IMG/VR virus record: IMGVR_UViG_3300045988_010956
Reading direction: 5' to 3' (one strand)
DNA length: 44,116 nucleotides
From: a virus
Part shown: piece by piece, positions 16,858-26,400 of the stretch
How the letters are laid out: every line of letters begins with the position of its first letter
Numbering within the stretch: the first letter of the stretch is position 1
Position numbers and translations under genes: made by a program
Notes under the pieces: generated by a model
Seen by the model: only the letters and a program-made list of their open reading frames with translations
Database searches by the model: none
Told to the model about the DNA's origin: nothing

Positions 16858-17050
16858 TATTTGGCACAAAAATAAAGTCCATAGGAATTCCAGAAAGCTC
16901 ACTCATTTTTCTGAGCTGTGATAATGTCGGCTCTGTTTTTCCTTTTTCCCAATTAACTACAGTTACATTGGAAATACCGAATATTTCAGCCCATTCTTTC
17001 TGATTGTATCCTGCGTTCACTCGAACAGCTTCTAATGAAATTTTTGGCAT
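16847..17050 (-). CDS. Cro-like XRE-family HTH regulator
   Basis: 67 aa; NQKEWAEIFGISNVTVVNWEKGKTEPTLSQLRKMSEL is a typical HTH_XRE. It is divergent from the repressor gene. Confidence 0.8.
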   Translation of the reverse strand: MPKISLEAVRVNAGYNQKEWAEIFGISNVTVVNWEKGKTEPTLSQLRKMSELSGIPMDFIFVPNNFN

Positions 17051-17081
17051 TTGCTCATCTCCTTTCTTAACTTCTGAGCTT

Positions 17082-17169
17082 ATTATAATTCAACTGTATT
17101 GAATTGTCAACACCAAAATTCAAAATAATTGAATTAACTATTGAATTTTTTATAAATATGATGTACAAT
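17082..17169. promoter_or_regulatory. Divergent lysis/lysogeny switch: two promoters and two palindromic operators
   Basis: Minus strand: TTGACA (17110..17105) - 17 nt - TATAAT (17087..17082). Plus strand: TTGAAT (17141..17146) - 17 nt - TACAAT (17164..17169). Operators AATTCAA-N5-TTGAATT lie at 17087..17105 and 17117..17135. Confidence 0.7.
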
Positions 17170-17194
17170 ACAAAATGTAAGGAGGAAAAGAATC

Positions 17195-17572
17195 ATGACA
17201 ACCATGACAACTGAAGAGCAGAAAAAGATCTTCTCGAACAATCTTAATAAGTACATTTCAAGAAGTGGTAAGCAGCAAAAGGAAATCGCTGAAGCCATTG
17301 GAACAAACGCATCTACATTTAATATGTGGTGCAAAGGTAATTCGATGCCGGGAACCGGAAAGATTAGAGCCTTAGCCGATTATTTCCGAATAAGAATGTC
17401 AGATTTGACAGATTTAAAAGAGAATCAAGACCCTGATATTGAATTTGGAGATGTAGTTACAAAAATCGAGCAGTCAGACCCTCGTTTCAAAAGAATCATT
17501 CTTGAATACGATAACCTGCCGCCCGATAAAAAAGATTTGTTATGTGATTTTTTTGAGAAGTTTATTTTCTAA
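17195..17572 (+). CDS. CI-like XRE-family repressor without a peptidase S24 domain
   Basis: 125 aa; IFSNNLNKYISRSGKQQKEIAEAIGTNASTFNMWCKGNSMP is an HTH_XRE; RBS AAGGAGG. Confidence 0.8.
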   Translation: MTTMTTEEQKKIFSNNLNKYISRSGKQQKEIAEAIGTNASTFNMWCKGNSMPGTGKIRALADYFRIRMSDLTDLKENQDPDIEFGDVVTKIEQSDPRFKRIILEYDNLPPDKKDLLCDFFEKFIF

Positions 17573-17577
17573 AGCAC

Positions 17578-17604
17578 AAGGGTAGGAATCATTTTCCTGC
17601 CCTT
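17578..17604. terminator. Hairpin terminator after the repressor gene
   Basis: AAGGGTAGGAA-TCATT-TTCCTGCCCTT, followed by TCTTCC. Confidence 0.45.
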
Positions 17605-17674
17605 TCTTCCTTATAAGCCCTTTTTACGCACCCGTAAATAAATTTTATCATTGATTCACTATGTATTTTCTGTA

Positions 17675-18109
17675 TCATCTCAATAATCTCCTTCTTATAA
17701 TCCATAAATAACCCTCCCTATTGCAATTACCACCTACATTACAGTATATGTGCGGTTTGTGGGAAATATAACCGAACATTCGTTCATTTTTTGCTATTAT
17801 ATCGCTAATGTTTGCCCTTGGAAACTGCCAGATATACACCGATATGTTTATGATTGCATAGAAATTATTCGTAATATCAAAGATATAGTCTTTTCTGTTT
17901 AGCGGCAGGGCGAATAAAAATGGCGGCATGGTCTGCTTTATTTCATGGGCGCTATTCTTATGTAGGGTAGAAGATCTGTACGCATTTTGGACAGAATACA
18001 CTTCTGACTCTTCGCGGATATAATCGTCTACGCACATTGGTAAATAAACAATGTAATTAAGCAAAAGCACAGCTCCTATTATAATTAGTATATTTTTGAT
18101 TATTTTCAT
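17675..18109 (-). CDS. Hypothetical membrane-anchored protein (lysogeny-island moron)
   Basis: The start MKIIKNILIIIGAVLLLNYIV has RBS AGGTGA. It has an N-terminal TM segment, lies in a very AT-rich stretch, and runs opposite to its neighbours. Confidence 0.55.
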   Translation of the reverse strand: MKIIKNILIIIGAVLLLNYIVYLPMCVDDYIREESEVYSVQNAYRSSTLHKNSAHEIKQTMPPFLFALPLNRKDYIFDITNNFYAIINISVYIWQFPRANISDIIAKNERMFGYISHKPHIYCNVGGNCNREGYLWIIRRRLLR

Positions 18110-18134
18110 TTTATAAATCACCTAAAAACGTCTA

Positions 18135-18163
18135 TTTACAACTAAATTTAACGATGCTATAAT
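18135..18163 (+). promoter_or_regulatory. Sigma-A-type promoter for the response-regulator operon
   Basis: TTTACA - 17 nt - TATAAT. It overlaps the inverted repeat ATGCTAT-N7-ATAGCAT. Confidence 0.6.
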
Positions 18164-18231
18164 AAAAATAGCATATTTAAACACTTTTTTTTGCAAATGG
18201 CGAAAACAACGCCCATAAGGGAATGATTTGA

Positions 18232-18936
18232 ATGAAAATTGCGATTTGTGACGATGATAATTTACGAATTGAGATTTTCAAAAGTAGCATTGACCGATAT
18301 CTAAAAGAGCATGGTGATGGTGGATATACAATAACCACCTACACCAGCGGAAAGCCTTTGATCGACGATGCTTCAGATGGTGAATGGTATGACATAATAA
18401 TTCTTGATGTATCCATTAACGGAGAAAATGGCATAGAGATTGCCAAAAGATTAAGAAAAATCGGATACTATGGAAATATCACTTTTTGGACAGAGCGCAA
18501 AGAATATGTATTTGATGCGCTTGATGTGCTGCCGGTTCATTACATCATTAAAGGCTCTGAGCATGGAAGAATGTATTCAGTTGTTGAGCAGACTCTCGAA
18601 AATATCCGTGAAAAAACGCTTACCATCAAGAACAAGGACTACTTTCACAGAGCTGAATTCCGGCATATTGAATACATCGAAAGCCAGAACAAATACATAA
18701 TGATCCATTGCACGTGCGGAATATCACACAAGGAACGAGGAAAGCTCAATGATATCGAAAAGAGTCTTGACGGAAGATTTTTGCGCTGCCACCAGAGCTA
18801 TATTGTTAATATGGACGAGGTAAGCGAAGTAAGCCATTTTTTTACGATGGTATCTGGTGCGATCGTCCCGATCAGGCAAAGAGAACTTGCAAAAATAAGA
18901 GAAAAATATGAAAACTACGTCATTGGAGGGAGATAA
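18232..18936 (+). CDS. LytTR/AgrA-family response regulator (REC + LytTR)
   Basis: MKIAICDDD...YDIIILDVSINGENGIEIAKRL is the receiver domain. FRHIEYIESQNKYIMIH...FLRCHQSYIVNMDEV is the LytTR domain. Confidence 0.85.
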   Translation: MKIAICDDDNLRIEIFKSSIDRYLKEHGDGGYTITTYTSGKPLIDDASDGEWYDIIILDVSINGENGIEIAKRLRKIGYYGNITFWTERKEYVFDALDVLPVHYIIKGSEHGRMYSVVEQTLENIREKTLTIKNKDYFHRAEFRHIEYIESQNKYIMIHCTCGISHKERGKLNDIEKSLDGRFLRCHQSYIVNMDEVSEVSHFFTMVSGAIVPIRQRELAKIREKYENYVIGGR

Positions 18937-18939
18937 AGC

Positions 18940-19509
18940 ATGAGCGAAGAAAAAACCAAGAAGTGCAAACATTGTAAGATGGACATTCCAAAAGATGCAA
19001 AAATATGTCCACATTGTAGAAAGAAACAAAAAAGTGGAATATTAAAATGGGTTGTATTAATACTTATCATAGGAGTGGTTATCGGTGCTGTCACGGGCGA
19101 AAGTGATTCGGGATCAGATAAAAACACAGCAGCCACTACTTCTACAGAAAAGAAAGAAGCTGCTACCAAACAAAAAGAAGAAGCTACACCAATCGAGTAC
19201 ACTACTGTTTCCGTGAATGACATGATGGATGCCCTTAATAATAACGCTATGGGAGCGTCTGACAAATATAAAGGTAAATACCTTGAGATTACCGGAAAGC
19301 TCACAAACATTGATGCAGCCGGAAAATATATTGATCTTATGGCTGATGGAGATTTTGAGATTATTGGAGTTCAGTGTTACATCAAAAACGACGACCAGAA
19401 AGCTAAAATAGCATCTATGTCAAAAGGCGACACTGTTACATTGAAAGGAAAATGTACGGATGTCGGAGAAGTACTTGGATATTCTCTTGATATTGATGAA
19501 ATAGAATAA
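18940..19509 (+). CDS. Zinc-ribbon / single-TM / extracellular OB-fold (tRNA_anti-like) protein
   Basis: CKHCKMDIPKDAKICPHCRKK is the zinc ribbon. WVVLILIIGVVIGAV is the TM segment. DKYKGKYLEITGKLTNID...IGVQCYIKNDD...GDTVTLKGKCTDV is the OB-fold domain. RBS GGAGGGAG, 3 nt after the regulator stop. Confidence 0.75.
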   Translation: MSEEKTKKCKHCKMDIPKDAKICPHCRKKQKSGILKWVVLILIIGVVIGAVTGESDSGSDKNTAATTSTEKKEAATKQKEEATPIEYTTVSVNDMMDALNNNAMGASDKYKGKYLEITGKLTNIDAAGKYIDLMADGDFEIIGVQCYIKNDDQKAKIASMSKGDTVTLKGKCTDVGEVLGYSLDIDEIE

Positions 19510-19520
19510 ATGATAAAAAA

Positions 19521-19555
19521 AACCGGCTCTCGCTACCAACGAGGACCGGTTTTTA
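19521..19555 (+). terminator. Rho-independent terminator
   Basis: AACCGGCTCTCG-CTACCAA-CGAGGACCGGTT followed by TTTT. Confidence 0.6.
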
Positions 19556-19647
19556 AAAATAAGACAATTCCAGAGAAAAATCTTACCTGCACATTAAGTA
19601 TATCATCTCCGGGATTGCCATACAAGTGTAAAAAGGAGAATGATAAA

Positions 19648-21222
19648 ATGAATGAATCAGTATGCATCTATTTGAGGAAATCCAGAGCCGACCGGGAAGC
19701 TGAGGCGCATGGGGAGGGTGAAACTCTTGCCAGACACGAACATATCTTGCTGGACCTTGCAAAAAGACAAGGCTATAGCATTGGTGCCATCTACAGAGAA
19801 GTGGTTTCCGGCGAAACAATCTCCGCGCGTCCAGTCATGCAAAAACTTCTCCACGAAGTAGAATCCGGGCTGTGGGACGGTGTTCTGGTTGTCGAAGTAG
19901 AACGTCTTGCCAGAGGTGACACTATCGACCAAGGCGTTGTGTCCAGAGCTTTTCAGTACTCTGACACGAAGATTATCACTCCTACAAAAATATACGATCC
20001 AAACAATGAATTTGACGAAGAGTATTTTGAGTTTGGACTTTTTATGAGCCGTAGAGAGTATAAGACCATCAAGCGTCGATTGAATAATGGTAGAATCTCA
20101 TCCGTAAAAGAAGGTAAATACTGTGGCAACAAGCCACCTTACGGATACGAAAGAGTAAAACTCGAAAAAGAAAAAGGTTATACCCTCAGACCCGTTCCAG
20201 CTCAAGCCGAGATCGTAAAGATGATTTACACTTGGTATGCCGGTGATGGCTGCGAGCAAATTGGGGTTGCGAAGATTGTGCGAAAATTAAATGAAATGGG
20301 AATAGAGTCTGCACTAGGCGGTGACTGGACTCCTGCTAGTATACAGGGAATTCTAACAAATCCGGTATACATCGGGAAAATACGATGGAACGGGAGAAAA
20401 ACAGTAAAGGCTATACAGAACGGACAAGTGGTCAAGACGCGTCCACGATCTAAGGATGTCCTTATCTGCGAAGGATTACATCCGGCTATTATATCAGACG
20501 ATCTGTATAATTCTGTGCAAGAGATACGTCAAAAGAATCCGTATCGTCCGATCAGCATAAAAAACACAGTTCGCAATCCGCTTGCCGGAATTGTCTATTG
20601 CAATAAATGTGGGCGAGCTATGGTCCGACGCCCTTATCAAAAACGTGGGCAGGAAGATACTCTCATGTGTCCATATACGTCTTGCTCTACAGTGAGCAGC
20701 AAATTATCTCTAGTTGAAAAAGCTGTGATTGATGGAATTAGGGAGATTGCGGAGGAATATAAGTTAAACAATGATATTAATGTTCCGTCTAACACTATTG
20801 ATTCCGGTATAACATCCAAACAAAATCTTATACGCGAAAAAGAAAGTGAGCTGGAAAGCTTAAATTCCCAAAAAGCAAAACAATATGATCTGCTTGAGCA
20901 AGGAATCTACACCACAGAAGTCTTCCTTGAACGATCCAAAACTATATCCGCATCTATACAATCATGCTCTGATACTATTGCGAACTTGAGAGAAGAAATC
21001 GAACACGATGAGAATATTAAGGCACAACAGTCGGATTTTGTTCCACGTTGCGAAGAATTACTTAATAACTATTGGAACCTTAACATGGAATCACGAAATA
21101 GAATGCTCAAGAGTCTGGTTGAAAAAGTCGTCTACTCAAAAAACATTAAAAATACTTACGGCAAAGGTAATGAAATCAATTTTGAGCTAGACATTTTCCC
21201 AAAAATTCAAAAAAATGATTAA
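19648..21222 (+). CDS. int: Large serine recombinase (integrase)
   Basis: The start MNESVCIYLRKSRADREAE has RBS AAGGAG. It has a resolvase catalytic Ser motif, VVEVERLARGD, a recombinase domain, a zinc-ribbon region CNKCGRAM...CPYTSC and a coiled coil. The track ORF start at 19510 reads through the terminator. Confidence 0.85.
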   Translation: MNESVCIYLRKSRADREAEAHGEGETLARHEHILLDLAKRQGYSIGAIYREVVSGETISARPVMQKLLHEVESGLWDGVLVVEVERLARGDTIDQGVVSRAFQYSDTKIITPTKIYDPNNEFDEEYFEFGLFMSRREYKTIKRRLNNGRISSVKEGKYCGNKPPYGYERVKLEKEKGYTLRPVPAQAEIVKMIYTWYAGDGCEQIGVAKIVRKLNEMGIESALGGDWTPASIQGILTNPVYIGKIRWNGRKTVKAIQNGQVVKTRPRSKDVLICEGLHPAIISDDLYNSVQEIRQKNPYRPISIKNTVRNPLAGIVYCNKCGRAMVRRPYQKRGQEDTLMCPYTSCSTVSSKLSLVEKAVIDGIREIAEEYKLNNDINVPSNTIDSGITSKQNLIREKESELESLNSQKAKQYDLLEQGIYTTEVFLERSKTISASIQSCSDTIANLREEIEHDENIKAQQSDFVPRCEELLNNYWNLNMESRNRMLKSLVEKVVYSKNIKNTYGKGNEINFELDIFPKIQKND

Positions 21223-21284
21223 TGATAACATCAATGAGCCAGTTCGTCAGTACATAGAAGATATCATTAATTTCAAAAAGAAAC

Positions 21285-21306
21285 TCCCGGGGAATTAACC
21301 CCGGGA
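21285..21306. terminator. Bidirectional terminator between integrase and endolysin
   Basis: TCCCGGGG-AATTAA-CCCCGGGA, flanked by A-rich and T-rich runs. Confidence 0.7.
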
Positions 21307-21312
21307 TATTTT

Positions 21313-22986
21313 TTATACTTTTTTAATGTATTTGGAAGATACGAAACCATAGTATTTATTTTTCATTCTAATGTAGTACCATGGAGTTCCATCTTTTGCT
21401 TTCTGAGTATAGTTCATGACTTCGATCGGAGCACCATATTTCAGATATGGAATCTTCTTGAGTGTCGGATATTCTTTTCCGGCCCAAGTACGTACATACA
21501 AAGTAGGCTTTGCTGTAACCTGTCCGTCAAAGAGCTTCTGTGTCTTATCCTGTTTATTGGTGATTACTGTTGCAGTTGCATTTTCTGTTCCATCAACCTT
21601 AAGATATTTGGTAGCAGCCCAACCAACGCCAATGTTGGCAACTTTGACTTTCGTCCACATTCCAGACTTTTCACCATTGATTTCAACACGATTGCCTTTA
21701 TTGATCTGTCCGAGAACATATCCGTTCGGTGTCTCGCGGATGTACAGGTCGTCAACCGTGGATGTTGCTGTGCCTGTTGCTTTCCATGTTTCTGCGACAG
21801 TTTTCTCTTCTCCCCAGTCAATCCAAACATAACCATCGATTGCCGGATCGCTGCGAAGATAGCGTTTATTTCGGCAGGATCCGCCGTTTGCAATGACTCC
21901 TGCTGCACTTGAAGTGTTTCCTTCGTTGGTGTAGATGTACGTATTGCTATAAGAGCGGACAGATCCGATGTGAGAGCCATCACGGAAGATAACAAGTGCT
22001 CCGTCTTTTGGTGTGCTGTGCCATGTTCCATTGGATTTAGCGTGGTTTGTAACACTCTTGCAGTTGTAGAATCCACCACCCATGATCTGCAATGCTTTTG
22101 TAATACCTAAGACTTTCGCCAACTTCCAGAACTGATACTCTGCGCACCAAGGTTGTGCCTGACACCCCGGTTGCCCCCAGGAATTTACGTCACGGGCAAA
22201 TTTGGTGTAATTGTTATATCCGGCATTTTTCTGGAAATCATCAAGATAAGCGTTTGTGCGTTTTTCCAGATACGGTTTATTGCCGCCATTGTTTGCGTAA
22301 TAATCACCGAGTTCTGTGAATTTTTGTAATTTTGTTTTCGTCACTGGTGTTGCCTCCTTTTTTGCATATACCCGAATCATCTCGATGACTTTCTTCTGTC
22401 TCGTCGTGTAATCACCGACCTGATTCGGTCTCGGGTCTGCTGGATCTGTACACAATGCTGCATAAATGGTTTCTGAAGTATAAGGCTTTTTGACCTTACT
22501 CAGGATCCTCTGTAATGCAGATGCGCCGCCCTGATGAATAATGTTGATGCATTCCATCATGGCATCGTCCGGCATGGTTCCGTATTTCTTCGTGATACTT
22601 TCAGAATATTCGGCAATCTGTTCTTCCATCAGCTCATCCTGACATTTGATGCCGAGATCGGAACTGATGATAGAAATGATACATTTTGCTTTTGCGGATG
22701 ACGGGGAAATCGCATAGGTAGACCAGTTCTTTTTCAACAGGTCGGATTCAAGCCCCTGAGTGTCCATTTTTTTGAATAGTGCCGGATTTCCTCTCTGTAT
22801 TTTCTGCAAGAGCCGTTTGGCTTCGCCTGCATACCACTGACCAGCTCCGATAGTGATTGCTTTTTCGTTCGGAGTGTTTGCACCGGCACCAATGAACGCA
22901 TTGTAACGTTGTTTTCCATATACCTGTCCACCGGTTTCAACCGCATACAGGATTTTTCTGAGTACTGCGATATTTTCTTTGAGCAT
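21313..22986 (-). CDS. Endolysin: N-terminal lysozyme-like(?) domain + CHAP + two SH3-like domains
   Basis: 557 aa. The CHAP-like motif is GQPGCQAQPWCAEYQFW...DGALVIFRDGSHIGSV. The SH3-like motifs are LYIRETPNGYVLGQINKGNRVEINGE and LYVRTWAGKEYP...PWYYIRM. It is the last gene of the late operon. Confidence 0.75.
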   Translation of the reverse strand: MLKENIAVLRKILYAVETGGQVYGKQRYNAFIGAGANTPNEKAITIGAGQWYAGEAKRLLQKIQRGNPALFKKMDTQGLESDLLKKNWSTYAISPSSAKAKCIISIISSDLGIKCQDELMEEQIAEYSESITKKYGTMPDDAMMECINIIHQGGASALQRILSKVKKPYTSETIYAALCTDPADPRPNQVGDYTTRQKKVIEMIRVYAKKEATPVTKTKLQKFTELGDYYANNGGNKPYLEKRTNAYLDDFQKNAGYNNYTKFARDVNSWGQPGCQAQPWCAEYQFWKLAKVLGITKALQIMGGGFYNCKSVTNHAKSNGTWHSTPKDGALVIFRDGSHIGSVRSYSNTYIYTNEGNTSSAAGVIANGGSCRNKRYLRSDPAIDGYVWIDWGEEKTVAETWKATGTATSTVDDLYIRETPNGYVLGQINKGNRVEINGEKSGMWTKVKVANIGVGWAATKYLKVDGTENATATVITNKQDKTQKLFDGQVTAKPTLYVRTWAGKEYPTLKKIPYLKYGAPIEVMNYTQKAKDGTPWYYIRMKNKYYGFVSSKYIKKV

Positions 22987-23003
22987 TCTTTTGTCCTCTC
23001 TTT

Positions 23004-23423
23004 CTAAAATTCAGCAAATTGTAAAACAAGAAATGTTGCATCGGTACTATGTACTGCGGTTGTGGCATTGATGAAACTTACATTGAGTTTGCCAGCAACA
23101 GCCGAACAGCTTGCGGGTGTAAGCCATCCGCTCGCAAGGTATATCGGGACAAATACAGTGGCCCCATCGGCAACGTTAAATGCTGTGGTTATGGTTCCTG
23201 TAGATGCTCCGCTTGCAGTAGATGGAGCTTTAAATTTGACTGTTGTGACTTCCAATAATTTCAGTCCGGAATTGACGCCAAACAATTCTTTTGCCTGCGC
23301 AACGGTTGTTTTCTTTGCCACATCTCCCGTAGCTGTCAAGAAACAATCTGTATCTGCCGGTGCCGTGTTGTCTGAGAATGCGCTGATTTTCTTTACATTT
23401 AATGCATCTGTCATATTATTCAC
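23004..23423 (-). CDS. Hypothetical tail-associated protein
   Basis: 139 aa; overlaps the stop of the tail fibre gene; Ala/Thr/Ser-rich composition suggesting beta structure. Confidence 0.5.
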   Translation of the reverse strand: MNNMTDALNVKKISAFSDNTAPADTDCFLTATGDVAKKTTVAQAKELFGVNSGLKLLEVTTVKFKAPSTASGASTGTITTAFNVADGATVFVPIYLASGWLTPASCSAVAGKLNVSFINATTAVHSTDATFLVLQFAEF

Positions 23424-26400
23424 CTCTCATTTCTTTTATATTTTTTCTCAGTTCTTTGATATCCTCTTTTAGGTTGTCTATTTCGGATTTTTGCTGTTTA
23501 ATCATTGCAAACATTGCCGGGATCATCATACGGTAGTTCCAGTCTTCTATCTGATTGTTCACATGTGTAGCTGCCTGTGGAAAATGTTCTTCTACATCCT
23601 CCGCAATGAACATAGGCAGATAGCGTCCCTCGTTTTCGTCGCCTTCCGCAAGATAACCGTCTTTGTATTTCGCCCAGACTGGTTCTATTTTGTACCATTC
23701 TTCGATTTCGGATGGAATTATGGATCCACCGATATCCTTGTAACGTTTGGATGAGGATGATCGCTTAAATACCATTCCCGAAGAACTGACAATTAACGCT
23801 GCACCATCTGTGGCAGATTGGAGATTTGTTAATTTCAAACTTTTAAGAGATGCTGTGCCTGAAATACTTCCTATAACATCTCCTTCAAGTCTTGAATTTG
23901 TAATTACTACATTTTTTAGATTAGTGATTACGGCATTTGTAATCGTTGCATCTTTGATTTCCGCAGAATCAGTTTTAACACTTTCGAGTTTTGCATTTCC
24001 ACCGTTGCAAGAAAAATCATTGCAATCAAATTCATATGCATATAAGATACTAAATTCTGCGTCAAAGATAGGACTGCCATCGTCACTTACATACCTACCA
24101 TAAAATATTCCGTCGGTATCAATTTCAATAATCTCGTCGTCATCAATTAAATTTGTTGTTCCATCTACTGGTTTGATTGATGCTCCATTAAAAAGAAGTC
24201 CCGAGTATTTTTGTGATGTTGTAGTGTCAGGATTTAATGGTGTATCATAGACAACAAGTCCATTGTAATTTAATGTTGCTTTGACCCTGCCGTAGGTATC
24301 GTAAATATGCAAAACACCATTTCCATTGTTTTTTCCTCCCAGCTTCAACAAACCGCCCATTGCGGCGCTGAACGAAATGTACAGTTCCCCATCCGCACCC
24401 CTGTAAACGCCTTTCCATTCTCCATCATTGGTCAGGAGTTTCAAAATATCTTCCTGCGTCAGAGCCGTGACTTCTGTGATAACATCAAGCTTGACTGTGT
24501 CAATCAGATTCGTGGTTCCACCCGATGCGTACAAGCTGCACCGTAATCCTACGATATCTTTTGAACGGGCACCAATCAGTGAACCGTCGCTGTCTGCAAC
24601 CAATACTCCATCAGAATCCGCAAAAACGTAATCTGCATAGTAGTTAACGCTGGTCTCATCTGCTACACTCGAATAAGCTGTCTTCCATGTCTTTCCATCG
24701 GACGTTTCCTCAATAACAAATCTTCCGGCATAATCTGTTCTACCTGTGTTCTCACCATCACGGTAGTACGCGCTAAATATCACAACATTCGGTGTTATGC
24801 TGTTTTCGCTTTCTCTTTTCAGAATTGTAGTAGATGATTCCAACACGTAAGTTCTTCCGGGAGTACCAGATTTCTGTTTAGAGACGCTGAATCTTTTGGT
24901 TATGGTGAGAGCATTCAGATACACTGCTTTGATGTCAACCCATACATTGTCTGCCGTAACTTCGCTAACAGTATAAGTGTGCGTAGGTTTATCCCAGATT
25001 CCGGTCACATTTTCAGATTCCGTGATCGTATAACTGCAATCGTCCGTTACATCCATCGTTCCGTACATTACCTGTGCGGTGGTCTGCACCTGTGGAAACT
25101 CTCCGGGGATATTTCCGTTCTCATCAGTAGAAATCGCCTGATACTCATTTGAAAGTGTCATGGTCATGTTCTTAGCTGCGGCAACATTTTCATCCAATTC
25201 TTTAATTTTGTCAGACAGGCTCACGTCTCCAATCATCAGATATTCCGGGTTGATGTACACAGAATTTGTGTCCATGTTGACGGAAAATATTATATTTCCT
25301 TGTTCGTCCTTAATAGTAAGTGCACCGGCGTTAATAAAATCCGCATTAATTCCCTCTGCGTATAACAATTTTGTTATCATGGTTCCGGTTAATTGGAAAC
25401 CAAACGGATATGTTTTACCACCATCATTTGATACGCCGATTGCCTCAGATGTGATTTTGATCACATTTTTTGATTCTTCCAGAGTGCCCTTGTCGTGAAA
25501 ATATGAGATTGTGCTTCCATCTTCTTGCTGAACATAAGTCGCAAAGAGTCCACTTCCGACAGAAAGAGATTCCTGCAACTTTTCGATTGCTAGCTCTCTG
25601 GCGTTTTTTTCTTTCTCAACAAGCCGACGTGCTGCAACGATTGCTTTTGTGACTCCAGAATAGTATAGACTCATTCCTCTGATCGGATCGTCAGCCTGTG
25701 TTTTTAGAGTAGTTTTCCCGTTAATTGTGTACGATACATCTGTTAGAGGAGTAACGTATTGGTTAAGATTACGATCATAGGTATAAGCCACGTCACCAAA
25801 TTCTAACAGCGGATTGAACGCCATATCTCCTTGGAGATTTCTGAATTTTGCACCGATAATGGAATCACCAATCTGTGCTGCCACTGTTGCAAGATCGGAT
25901 TCACCCACAAGATTGTTCTCCATGGACAAAATGTAACCGGAAGTTCCATATGTTTCAGAATTATCACCGCTTATTATATTGATTCCAGTTATCACTATGT
26001 CGTCGCTTGATACTGTCGGCATACTGATATAATCTTTGAGTTCAATGTTCGGAACAGCATCCAGATTCCATCTGACAAACTGCAAGCTTCCGTTGCTGTC
26101 AAGACGTGCGTTCGCGGTATCAAGCATGGCAGCCCATCCGAAAAGTTGACGATATGTCATATCTTTTGGGAGTTCATTGACAATCAGATTGCCATGCGCC
26201 ATCTTCGAAAAACCAGCTGTGATACCAAGAGTACTGCATGCATCCCTCACCAGACTCTCAACCGTCTGTGGAAGAACCAGCTTTGTTGAGTGTACGGCAT
26301 TGGTCTTGTACATATCATCCAAGGCGGTAAGATTAAGGATTTCACCGTACTGTTCTGGCGTTGTAACTGTATATACGCCTTTATCGATAGTCTCAATAGT

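Noticed and set aside
17134-17334. 66-aa minus-strand ORF across the switch region
   Set aside because: It covers the operator/promoter region and is antisense to the repressor start. It is hydrophobic junk with no RBS.
21564-22079. 171-aa minus-strand ORF inside the endolysin gene
   Set aside because: It is an alternate frame of the CHAP/SH3 region, with no RBS and biased composition.
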